Shown: piece by piece, positions 11,911 to 23,332 of the stretch
Position numbering within the stretch: the stretch's first letter is position 1
Layout: every line of letters begins with the position of its first letter
NCBI RefSeq assembly: GCF_964194155.1
Contig: NC_135892.1
Coordinates: forward strand, 29,140,001-29,204,000
Origin: Cetorhinus maximus
Taxonomy: Eukaryota
Direction: 5' to 3'
Length of the DNA: 64,000 bases
Translations under genes and position numbers: made by a program
Notes under the pieces: model-generated
Databases searched by the model: none
What the model was told of the DNA's origin: nothing
The model's input: the letters and a program-made list of their open reading frames with translations, nothing else

Positions 11911-12937
11911 AACCTCACATAAGGAGCCTATGGCACCAGTTGCAGAATTCCTCAGGAATACTTATACTTCAGGAATGCAGTTTGTACGCTTCACCCTCTT
12001 CTCTGCGAGACAAGTTAGAGGAGAGTACAGATGATGGCCTCAGTTACATCAAAGATGATCTGCAGTCTGTTCCCCCATAGATGAATGGGAGTGATGAGCT
12101 CCAGATTCATGGCAATGTGAACAGCATATGTTTCACTGCCTCAGGCTGATATTCTGCTCCATTGTTGCCCCCTCAGCCAATACCTGGATAATGCCAGCTG
12201 GAGGTTTCCCAGAAGTAGCCACTGGTCTACAATATGGAGCCTGATCTCTTATAGGTTGTTGACCAAAAACGTCTCAATAGTCCTTATCTGCGTTAGCCTT
12301 CCACTTCACATGTTGAAGCTAAAGTGGGCTTCATAGGAGCACTAGATTGGGAAAGAATTTATTTAAGGAGTGTCTATGAGCTAACACCTGGGTGATTATT
12401 TTGTTTTATGGCATTTGTGTATGCCATTAAATTTTAATACCATTTGGAATTATTAAGTTGTCTTCAAAGTTTTTCTCTAGTCGCTGTTGAATTAAAATTG
12501 GAGCTAGGCCAGCGCAATATTTATAGAAGCTCCAAAATTCCTTGGTTTTTAGGGGTGAAAAGCTATCATTACTTGAGCCAGTGAGTGTGTAACTTGAGGG
12601 GTGACTGTGTCCCCGCTCCATTTCACTCCTTGTGAAATTCTGTGTTTTGGGTATAGTTGTCCAATGATGCTGTGTTGGAGTCAGGAGGCAGAGTTGAAAT
12701 TTAAATATTGCCTTTTGTAAATAGCGTCTCCTCCAAGAGACAGAAGGGATGACACCAGCATTATATTACACAATAATTAAATCTTCCTTAGTGAAGAATA
12801 AAAATGCACCAGTATCTCACTCATAAAGTTGAGGGTTCTTTTCCTTCCCATGTTGGGAGTATTCATTTTGTAAATTAGTGTTTGATTTTAGTTTGGAATT
12901 TTATAATTCATCTAGATCAATCAGTAGAAGATATATT

Positions 12938-13315
12938 CAGTGTGACAAACTCTGGCCGAACAAAAACAAGGGACACTTTGCTATGGGAGCGCTGGCAAGA
13001 CCTTGAGCGTGACGGGGAAGCTAGTGCTGGCAAGGCCCTGAAAGCGGGGGGTGGCAGGGTGGCGGTGGGGGAGGGGGCTGGGGGGGATTTCCTCTGCAGT
13101 CACACAATCTGCCCAAATCTGCTAATGCCAGCTCCGTAAAAAACCCTGCAGACACCCGCTGGAAAGCCCTGAACAAAAGTCAATGCATGCGCAGACTCAA
13201 AGCCAGCAGAGACAGAAGGAATCCGGAACATAACATGTCCCAGGAAGGCCTGACCCAGGACAAAAGACCAATTTACTGGACAGCCCCAGAAAATCCGGGG
13301 TAGTTGGTCACCCTG
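12938..13315. mobile_element. hAT (Tip100-like) MITE
   Basis: TIRs cagtgtgacaaact / agttggtcaccctg (12/14) and an 8-bp TSD gatatatt / gatacatt (7/8). Confidence 0.8.
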
Positions 13316-14445
13316 GATACATTGATAATGTAACTTGTTTTGCTTTAATTTTGATGTACATTATTCTAGTCTGACTGACTTTTCTTTCCCATTTTGTTTA
13401 TGCTTTGCTGGCTGGGCATTATCTTTCAGCACATGAGGTATTTTATTTAGGGAAATAGTTTGGGCACGCATCCATCCATCTGAGCCTAAGAAAAGCCCCA
13501 TGCGGTTACTTCGCCATTTAATATTCCAGGCAGAAGTAGTTTAAGATCTTCAAATGGAGGCACTAACGCTAATGCAACCTAAGAACATTAACGTTACTGG
13601 GGCACTTAGTTCTGTCTGAACACAGTCTGATTGCTAATCTGGCACTGTCTGTTGGACAGATTATGCAAAATTAAACAAGGCACTCCAGTCTGATAGGAGG
13701 AGATAATGTCTTCTGAGAAATACAGCTACTAGCTCTCCAAAATAACAAATTGTATGTGCTCATGTGTCTTTAATGATGTCACTCTCCAACAAGATTCAAA
13801 CACTCCTTATGTTTCTGTACTATAGAGATTAATAAATACTTGGGAGTAGGTAAATAGAGAGTAATTGGTGGTTTATAATGAGTGCATGCAGAGTAATGTA
13901 TCTTTGACAGTAATTATTATAGATAGTAATCAATGAGACATAGGCATCAACTTGTGTGCAACATTAGAGAAGCAGTGTTGAGATGTTGTTGAACCCAGCA
14001 TCCTCAATAGTATGGTAATAAGCACATAGCTATCCCTGTGGGTGGCAAGTCTGTGTTCATAGAACATTAATGATGTTGTATTGCAGACTTCAAGCAATGC
14101 CCCTATTCTCATCTTAAGATGCGGCCACCTTCTTTGATTTATTTCCATATAGATCCTCTTTTTGCCTGAACCAAGTCCAGCTCCTATTCAAGGAGACTCC
14201 ATGCAAGCTCATCCTGACTTACTTTATTCTAAAGCATCAATTGTAGCAATTCATGTGGCCCTTATTACTGTGTGTCATTATTCTTTCCACTTAGACATGG
14301 CAGATATTCTACTGTACACCGTATAAGCCAGAAAATCACAGATAGTATTAATTCAGCATTGCCTCCCTTTGGCCAGGACAAAAGAAAGAAACTCCACCGA
14401 AATTTTTTCTTACATACCAGTTAGTCAGATCCCAAGCACTTCTTA

Positions 14446-15010
14446 GGGCAGAATCTTTGGCTCGGCGAGCGGGGACAGGGCCTGCTCGCCGAGGCATAAA
14501 ATGACGCGAGGTGACATCGGGTGTGCGTCCTGACGTCACCACGCGTTATTTAGATTTTCAGTTCGGTGGGCACGAACCTCATCCACGGGCGGGATGAGGT
14601 CTCACGAATGACTTCAAATTTTGAGAAAAAATTTTATTAAAATTAATGCACATGTCCCAGCTCATGTGACAGTTTCACATGAGGGGACATGTCATAAAAA
14701 TTTTTTACAACACTTTATCACACTGTTTAAACTTAAAACTAATCTCCCTGAGGCACCTCTGTGCCTCAGGGAGGTTTCTGTGCTCCTAAGCGCACTCCTG
14801 ACTCAGGTAACCACCCCACCCACACCCACCCACCCCACCGCTGCCCGCACAGGGAGCGCTCAGCACTTCCGGGCATGCGTTCCGCTGGGCGGGCCTTAAT
14901 TGGACCACCCACGTAGAATGGCGGTGCCCAGCCGATCGGGGGCGCCAATCGGCTCTGCACCTGCCCCCGCACAACCTCCTCCCCCACCAAGTTGGGAGAA
15001 AATTTTACCC
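14446..15010. mobile_element. Harbinger MITE (family of copies A/B)
   Basis: Ends gggcagaatcttt / aaaattttaccc, flanked by tta/ata. Internal blocks aaaatgacgcg, acatgtcccagctcatgtgac and ggccttaattgg are shared with sister copies. Confidence 0.8.
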
Positions 15011-15278
15011 ATAAGCCTTGTTGTGCAAATAAGGGCCCAAATTTTACCGCCTGCCAGGTGGTGGGAAGAGAAGCTGGGCAGTGCAGTAAAATAGCAGGGA
15101 GCTATGTCTGGATGGCTCCCCGGCATCGGGCAACTTTCCCGGTGACAGGCAGGAGGTGGGTCAGGGTATGGACCAGCTACCTGCTCCACAAAGACAGACA
15201 ACCAATTTACATAATTAAGACCCCTATTAGGGCCCCTTAAGCAGGGCTGCCAGCAGCCCAGTGGGGCGTCAGAGCCAT

Positions 15279-15952
15279 GGCAGAATTTTCTGCTCGTTGG
15301 GCGGGCATGCGCCCGACCTGAACAAGCGTAAAATGACGTGTGATGATGTCATTGTGCACTCATGCGATATTTCAGTCGGCGGGCGCAGGCAGGAGTCAGC
15401 AGTGCGCCCGCCGACAATTAACAGGTCTATTAAGTCCATTAAAGTTCTAACTGAATTAAATTTTTCACTGCCCGTCCAACCTTACGGTTGGCGAGCAGGT
15501 AAAAAGGCCAAGCAGCCTTTGGATTTTTTGCGAATCCTCATCCACTGGCGGGATGGGATTTCGATCCATCATTAAAAAAGATATTAAAAAGTTTCAAACT
15601 AGTTTCTAACATGTCCCTGCTCATGTGACAGGGTCACATGAGGGGACATGCTTTTAACATTTTTAAATTCTTCTTTATTTTTCAAAATCTTCACCTCCCT
15701 GCGGCAGCTCTCTGACTCAGGGAGCTTTTCCTGTGCGCGCCTGCATGCTTCCACGAACTTGCACGCTCGCCCTCCTCCCCTCGCCCCCCCCCCCACCCCA
15801 CACTCCCACACAGGCAGCGCTGAGCGCTGCAGCACCGTTTCACGCTGGGTGGGCATTAATTGGCTCGCCAGCAGGAAATTGCGGTGGAGCCCCTTCCCGA
15901 TTGCTCCTGCTTGTCTCCGCTGAGCCCACCCGGTGATGGGAAAATCCTGGCC
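15279..15952. mobile_element. Harbinger MITE (family of copies A/B)
   Basis: Ends ggcagaattttc / gaaaatcctggcc with TSD CAT. Confidence 0.85.
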
Positions 15953-16833
15953 CATGTTTTCCACATTACAACAGTGACTACTCTTAAAAAGTAATTGATT
16001 TATTGATCTGTAATGCGCTTTGGGATATCTTGAGGCCATGAAGGCACTACAGAAATGCAACTCTATCAACCATCCGACAGGAAGTTGGGGCTGATGCTTA
16101 TTGCTGAAACAGAGTTGAGAGAGCTTTACTTCGAAATTGTCCCATGCTGAGAAAGAATGGCTGCCTGACCTGACCTTCACCTTAAAAAAATCACCCAAAA
16201 AAGTCCGTTTTAAAAATTAAAATCATCTGAGTGGCATGATAGGATCTGAAAAAGGAATGTAATTCGCAGTCTCATTATGCTGTTCCGCTTGTTAAGTTCC
16301 CAAGATTTCTAAGACCTCTCTTCAGCAGCCTTTCTTTAGTTCTTGGTGAGTGAATGAATCAACAGGTTTGCGAATTTACAATCGAGTGATTTACAATCAA
16401 CTTGGCTTTCTCTTGCTTTCTGAATTCTTTTGTAAAGAAACAAGCACCATTTATATATAATTCTTCTGGAGGACCTGTTTTTGAGTGCAGCAATTTAACC
16501 ACTCCATTTGCTATGTATTAAGCAGGTGACTTAATTTGGATGCAGACCATTGTTCAAACTGAAGCTTTCCTTCAGCTAGTTCCATGGAAAGAATTTATTA
16601 TTTGAATTCACTGTTGCTCAGTTTGTTTATCACAGTTGCTTACTCTTGTACAGGACAAGGATTTTTCTTCGTAGTGAGTTATAGGAAACTATTATGCAAC
16701 CAAGTGAGGTTTCCACTCCCAATTTCATCCATGGCTTAGTTGTTAATCCTCTTGCCTCTGACTCTAGTAAACTGTGGGTTAAAGTCTCATTCTGGAGATT
16801 TCAGAACAAAATCTAGTGTAGTACTGAAGGAGT

Positions 16834-17172
16834 TTTTTTGATTCGTTCATGGTATGTGGGCATTACTGGCAAGGCCAATATTTTTTCCTATCCCTAATTG
16901 TCCTTGAGAGCAATTAAGAGTCAACCACATTGCTGTGGGTCTGGAGTCACATGTGGGTCAGAACAGGTAAGGATGGCAGATTTCCTTCCCTAAAGGACAT
17001 CAGTGAGACAGATGGGCTTTTATGACAATTGACGATAGTTCCGTGGTCACCATTACTGAGGCTACTTTTCAATGCAAGATTATTTTTAGTTGGATTTGAA
17101 TTCCATCATGTCATTAGCCTGAGTCACTGAATTACTAGTCCAATGTCATTACCATTATGCCACCATCTCCCC
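16834..17172 (-). mobile_element. HE1-type SINE nested in a Deu-type SINE
   Basis: Same HE1 core; head accattatgccaccatctccc. Confidence 0.8.
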
Positions 17173-17256
17173 ACTAAACTGCTGCACTGTCAGAGGACTT
17201 GGCTGAGATATTAAACTGTGGCCCTGTCTGCCCCTTCATGGGATGTAGAAGATTTC

Positions 17257-17583
17257 TTTTTATTTGTTCATGAGATGTGGGCAGCGGTGGCTAGGCCAGC
17301 ATTAATTGCCCTTGTTCAGAGGGCATTTTTAAGAGTCAACCACATTTTTGTGGGTCTGGAGTCACATGTAGGCCAGACCAGTTGAGGGCAGCAGATTTCC
17401 TTCCCTAAAGGGCATTAGTGAACCAGATGGGTTTTTATGACAATAGACTTTTAATTCCAGATATTTATTGAATTCAAATTCCACTATTTGCTGTGGCGGG
17501 ATTCAAACCCAGGTCCCCAGAGCATTACCCTGGGTCTCTGGATTACCAGTCCATTGGCAATACCACTACACCACCACTTCCCC
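17257..17583 (-). mobile_element. HE1-type SINE nested in the same Deu-type SINE
   Basis: Same core; B-box complement gggattcaaaccc; head accactacaccaccacttccc. Confidence 0.8.
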
Positions 17584-17904
17584 TTTGAAGAAAAGCATTG
17601 GAGATCCCCCAATATTTACCCTTCAATTAATATCACTAAATCTGATCGTCTGGTCACAATCACGTTGCTATAACATGGAACCTTGTTGTGCACAAATTGG
17701 GTGCCAATTTTCTTACATTACAGTGCCAATACTTCAAAAATGTACTTCATTAACTGTAATTTGCTTTGGAACATCCTGAGGTTGTGATAGGCTTTATATA
17801 AATACAAGCTTTTCTTCGTCCTTTCATGGATATATTTAAAATTGTCATTTCCTTGGCTGCGCATTTTTGTTTTAAGAAACGTTCACTTGGTTACTTTATA
17901 TGGA

Positions 17905-18010
17905 GCTAAGGCAGCTGATTGGAGTTGAGGTACAGATCAATCATGATCTAATTGAATGGTGGAGCATGCATGAAAGGTTGAATGGCCTACTCCACTTTCT
18001 ATGTTCATAA
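17905..18010 (+). mobile_element. CR1-type LINE 3' tail
   Basis: gatc..catgatctaattgaatggtggagca...gaatggcctactcc..ttctatgttc tail motif. Confidence 0.6.
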
Positions 18011-18293
18011 GAAATTATATCAATATCAAGTGGAAGGGGTTGAAATGACTTGGGGAAGTTGTACTGCACAGGAGGAGGAAGCTGAAACAACCAGAGACAT
18101 CCGTAAAAAAAAAAATTTGTGATGTTTGAATAAGTAGAACAAGTTCCAGGATGGGAATAATTGGTTGGAAGTAACATAATATGCCTGTAAGGATAGTGTG
18201 TCCCCTCATCAGCAAGGAAGGACAACATTTGATCGTATGTATGACCTTGATGTTGGTGATACTGGTCCCATTTTAAAACTAATCATTCATTAG

Positions 18294-18853
18294 GGGCAGA
18301 ATACTCCAACTTTTAACCTGGGGTGGAGAATAGTGTGCAGGGGCTGATGCAGGAGGAAATCCGTTCAGCATTTACTGCCTGGCATTCAAGTACATCGACT
18401 GGGGAGAGGGAGGTAAGCCCAGGACAAGGGAGGCCCAAGCTTCTCTTGCAAGGCCAGGAGGAGCACTCCTGTTCCAAATATAATTTAAGAAATAAAAGTG
18501 GCCTGGCTTCTTCTGACCTCGAACTCGCCCACTGCAAGGTTTTCTTGGGAGGCTCAGGACTGGGTGGGCCTTTGCCAGTCTTCAGTTAAAACAGTGTGCG
18601 TGTCCAGATGATAACGTTGGAACATGTCCCTGATATTGTAATTAGGTCCCCACTTGCCTGTGGCCGACATCTGCTCTGAAGCAAAAATATTGCTAATGCA
18701 AATTGCACCCCAAGTGAGAATGGTGGAATAGATTTCCGCATCCGATTTTAATCCTCCCTCTTCCACTCCCTTCGCCACCACCCCCACCCTCCCAAAACAC
18801 ACACTATTCCTGCCAGGAAGGCAAGGTTAACTTTGAGGCTCAAAATTCAGGTC
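18294..18853. mobile_element. Degenerate Harbinger-type MITE
   Basis: gggcagaat... start, ...aaaattcaggtc end, and a GC-richer interior. Confidence 0.35.
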
Positions 18854-20209
18854 AATCAAGTTCCTATCCCTAATAATTACTATTGCACTTAGTTTGAGTG
18901 TAGCAGTAATCTTTTGAAATGATATATTTGATAGGGCTATGTATCACCAGAGCTTAGCCTGGTGTGGGAGATTGTTTTTCCCTTTGTTTATGTAGCTATA
19001 ACAGTTAGACTAATTCCCTTTGGTCTTCCTCCTCTCAAAGACAATTGTATTGATGGATTTTAGTATCATCACAATGCCAGACAGGCCTCCCCTTTCCACA
19101 GGAGGATATTAGACGATGAGCTGTCTATATTAAGAAATCCATACTGAAACAGGAGTGGGTTCAGCCACAGTGATTTAAATGGAGTACATCAACCTTTATA
19201 GCAGGCACCGGATATAATTTATCAGTAAATAGAAACCTCCAGGCCACTGTACATTTAACTGCTACAAGGCATTAATTTTCCTTTGCAGATTGCTTACTAA
19301 GAGGAGCAATCTAATTTCAATGAACCCTTGCATATAGTTTTATTAGGTAGTTATTTATTTTTAACACTGAATCTAATGCTTGTGGCGAATGCTGCCTGCT
19401 GTCTGGAAAGTTAGTGGTGGCACCATTGTATGGATTTGTTAGGTTCCCATTCAGTGAGGCGATTTGTCAAAGTCTAAGCACTGTATCTAGCCCTGAAAAG
19501 CTGAAAGTGCCTTTGATGAATGACTGGGCTGGCAGTGCATTAGCAGTTCACGCATATCTATTGCCTTTGTGACATCTACAAATGGTTTGTAGATTCATTT
19601 TAAAGGAGAACTCAACCTTTCCTCAAGAGATGGGCTTTGTGATTAAAGGTCAGCCACCTTTACCTTTAAAAATTGCCAGTTCTAGTCTCAAAATATTTCA
19701 GAGGATCTCTAACATATTTAGTGCTTTTCTTTTTGCAAATATTGCATTTTCTACTGTATTCTTTTGTGTTGCACAATATATAATATTTAGAAAATTGATT
19801 CATTCAGGTACATTTCATGTCTAGCATATTTTTAAAAATATTTTTGAGGAAGAATTCCAGTGTTTCTCCCAAACTGTAGGCAAACTCAAAATGGACCTTT
19901 CTACAAATGTTTAGTATAAGTGGGAAGAGGGGTAGATGTGGATAGAAAATGATCTGGTGAAACAAGTAAAAATCACACCAGAATATAAAAGCTGCTAACT
20001 TTCTAAAGTGACGGACTAACATTAAAGTGATTCCCTTTATACCTGCAGATGTGATGATTTTTGTAATTGACTGGGAGATTCCTATTTCATTCAGTTATGT
20101 GTTTCCGTACACTGTCCCAGGCATCCAAGGTTAAAGGGACTTTTGTGTTTTTTAATGTGCCATACAATACACTTTACTCGGATTGTAAGTTGAAGAATTT
20201 CCAAACGTC

Positions 20210-20592
20210 AGCAGTTGTGGTAACACCCTTCCCTGATTGAGAAGGTTGTTTGTTCAAGCCCCATTCTAGTAACTTGAGCACGTAATAGGTATTGTCTTTT
20301 GAATATGATACTAAACCAAGGTCCTGTCTACCTTCTCAGATAATGCAAGAGATCTTGTGGTGCGATTCAAAGAAGAGCAGAGGAGTTTTCCTCGGTGTTC
20401 TGGCCAATACTTATCCCTCAGTCAGCATCACTTAAACAGATTATCGGACCATTGTTTATGGGACATTGCTGGGTGCAGACTGGCTGCCATATTTCCCTGT
20501 GTTGCAACATTACAGCCAATCAAGTACTTTTGAAGTGTAGTAAAGCACTTTGGGATGTGTTGTGAAAGATGCAATGTGAATGCAAATCTCCC
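20210..20592 (+). mobile_element. Deu-domain SINE
   Basis: Colinear with 29140-29552 (gttcaagcccc..., aaaccaaggtcctgtct..., tggccaatacttatccctca..., aaagcactttgggatg). Confidence 0.7.
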
Positions 20593-22328
20593 TTTTTGCT
20601 AAGGTACCTTGTGGATCTCTTTACCATGTTTGCAAACCAGAGAATTTACAAACCAAGGTATTGATTTTGATGAAATCAGAAATTTTCTCAGGAACATGTT
20701 ACACAAGATCAAAAGGTTCAACTTTGTTATATCATGCCAAGGAAGACCTGGATGTAAAATATAAGACTATTAGGTTATTATGGAGTTTGTTTAATATGTA
20801 TTTCAATGTGAGAGGGATAATTTCTTTGGGAGAAAGTTTTGATAAAACTCAAGAGAAGGAGTAGAGTCAATAAGGATGTGTTTTATAGAAATAACTGGCT
20901 CATTGAACTGAATGGTCTTTTCTCATTCTGTGCTTTATGTTTTTATAGTCTGGACTCATCAACAATGAAGAAAGTTCCAAAATAAATTGAGTGATGTAAG
21001 GTGATTTGTAGTCAATCATAAGAAAGAGCTTCCTTATCCCCAGAATGACATATCAGTGAAAGACCAATAGTAAATGTAAAAGAGGTTTCTCCAGCGTTCA
21101 GACTCTTCATTCAACCATGTTTTCATAAGTCTACTTCGGGCAGAAGGAAATCATAAAGAACCTATTCAGTAGTTTGAGATGTATTAATTGAAGTCACAGG
21201 GTCCCTAAGAACCACAGACATTCCTTCAATTTGGAAAAAAGTAGTGTCCATTCCCAAATCATAAGCCCAATAATCTCCGTAGATCATAGACTTCAACAGA
21301 AAGAAACTGGGCAAGATGTAAAACAAGCTGCTGATTCACCTGTTTTACACTATCGCACAAATTAAAATCTATACCATAGTCTACAATTAAAAAATCTTTG
21401 TGTTTCACTGATGCTCAAAATCCTTTCTCAATGTGAAGAAGTCATCTGTGTGAGTCTCTTGACGAATTGTCTGCTGCACTATTTTATGAAGTTGTAGATT
21501 TTTAAGACTGAGGCTCCTAACACTAATGTCCTGTGATACTCATGTACAAACACCAAACACATTCATTGAAAATTCTTCTCTCTGCTACTTTAATGGATCT
21601 GTGAACCCAATTTTTTAAATGAGTTAATAACTGCCAAAGTATCAGGAGAAGAATTTGCTGCAAAAACATTGGGAGAAGAATTTGTGAGGTGTTTTAAGTG
21701 TCTGTATGCTGGTATCACAGTGTAACCTAAGGACCCTGATCTCCCTTCATACTTACGCCTTGTCTGATAGCCCCACCCCACCCCCACAAAAAAATGTTTT
21801 ACTTTGATATCTCCAATTTTACTTAAAAGTCCACTTGCTTTGAAGGTCAAACTAACATCAAAAAGGACTTAGACTGATATTAGGAAAGGATTTCTAAATG
21901 TGTGCTGTCTTGTTTAAATTTACTGCACCACAATTAAAGACAGTTTCTTTCCCTTTTAGCCCTGCATACGTTACAGGATATTTGGCAGCTGTCATAAATC
22001 ACATCTACACTTAATCTTCTTGCACTTTTTCTGGCCATAAATATTTAATTAAAGACAATGGCAGTATCGGTAGAGGACTTTAAAAATGAGTTTTGTGAAG
22101 ATAGCATTATAGGTTATATCATCCCTTGGTAACAAAGATAAACTGTGTGTAGTAAGAGAACTGTGCATAAACACCTCCAAGGTCATTAACTCCCCGTAGT
22201 GACTTGTAATGTCTTTATAAAATGCCACGTTGATGGTGTGACTTTGAAGAAACTATTTATTTTACCATGTTAAGCCATTACAGCTCCAAAGCAGACAATT
22301 CCACTTTATCATCGACTTGATCGTCTTT

Positions 22329-23100
22329 ACAACAACAACAAAATTTGCATTTATATAGCACTTTTAATATAGTAAACCATCCCAAGAGGCTTCACGGGAG
22401 AGTTACCAGACAAATAATTGCCAACAAGCCACATAAATATTAGGACAAGTAGTCAAAAGTTTGGTTAAAGAGGTAAATTTTAAGGAGCATGGAAAAGGAC
22501 AAAGAAGGTTTAGGGAAGGAATTTCAGAGTTTAGGGCCCAAGCAGTTGAAGGCACACCCACCAATGACAGAAGGATGGAAATTGGGGATCCGCAAGAGGT
22601 CAGATTGGAGGAGCACGGAGACCTCGGAGGATTGTCGGGCTGATGAAGGTTACTGATATAGGAAGGCGGGGCTATGGAGGCATTTGAACACAAAGATAAT
22701 AAATTAGAAAGTTAGGATATGGACAACAAAGTTTTAGAGGGTGTAAGTTTAAGGAGGATGCAGGTTGGGAGGTCAGCCAGGAAGTCATTGGAATAACCCT
22801 GTCCAGAGGTAATGAAGGCATGGATGAAGGTTTTACCAGCAGTTAAACTGAGGCAGAGGTGGAGGCAGGCAATGACATAGAAGAGAAAGTAGGTAGTCCT
22901 GGTAATTGAGAGGATATGAGTTGCAAGCTCAGGTTAAAATCATATAGGATACTGAATTGCAAACTGTCCAGTTCAGGCTCAGGAAGGGGAACGGAGGTTT
23001 GTGGTGGGGACCAAAGGCAATGGCTTCAATCTTCCCAATATTTAATTGGGGAAAATCTCTGCTCATCCGACATTGGCTGCCGGACAAGCAACATGACAAA
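22329..23100 (-). mobile_element. L2-type LINE 3' fragment
   Basis: acaacaacaaca..ttgcatttatatagcac tail; colinear with 6655-7362. Confidence 0.75.
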
Positions 23101-23332
23101 TCGGGGCATACTTACTGCCTCTTTAAGTCATTCAGAAGCAAGCACAGTGCATCACACATTCCGAGACACATACATGTGTCAGCACTTCCGTTGGTAGTTT
23201 TGGTACATTAGATTAAATTATGTCAGATTTTTACTTTGCAACAGAACAGGTAATCTGCAATAACAATGCTTTCAAAAGCTCCCCTGAGGCCTCAGTTGGT
23301 AAGTGCACTTCCCACCATGGAAATAAACCATA

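Larger units (their letters stand above)
16728..17815 (+). mobile_element. Deu-domain SINE (SacSINE1/AmnSINE-like) broken into three pieces
   Basis: Head tggcttagttg, then gctgcactgtcagagg..ttaaactgtggccctgtctgccc, then tail ttacattacagtg..cttcaaaa..tatataaatacaag. Confidence 0.7.
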
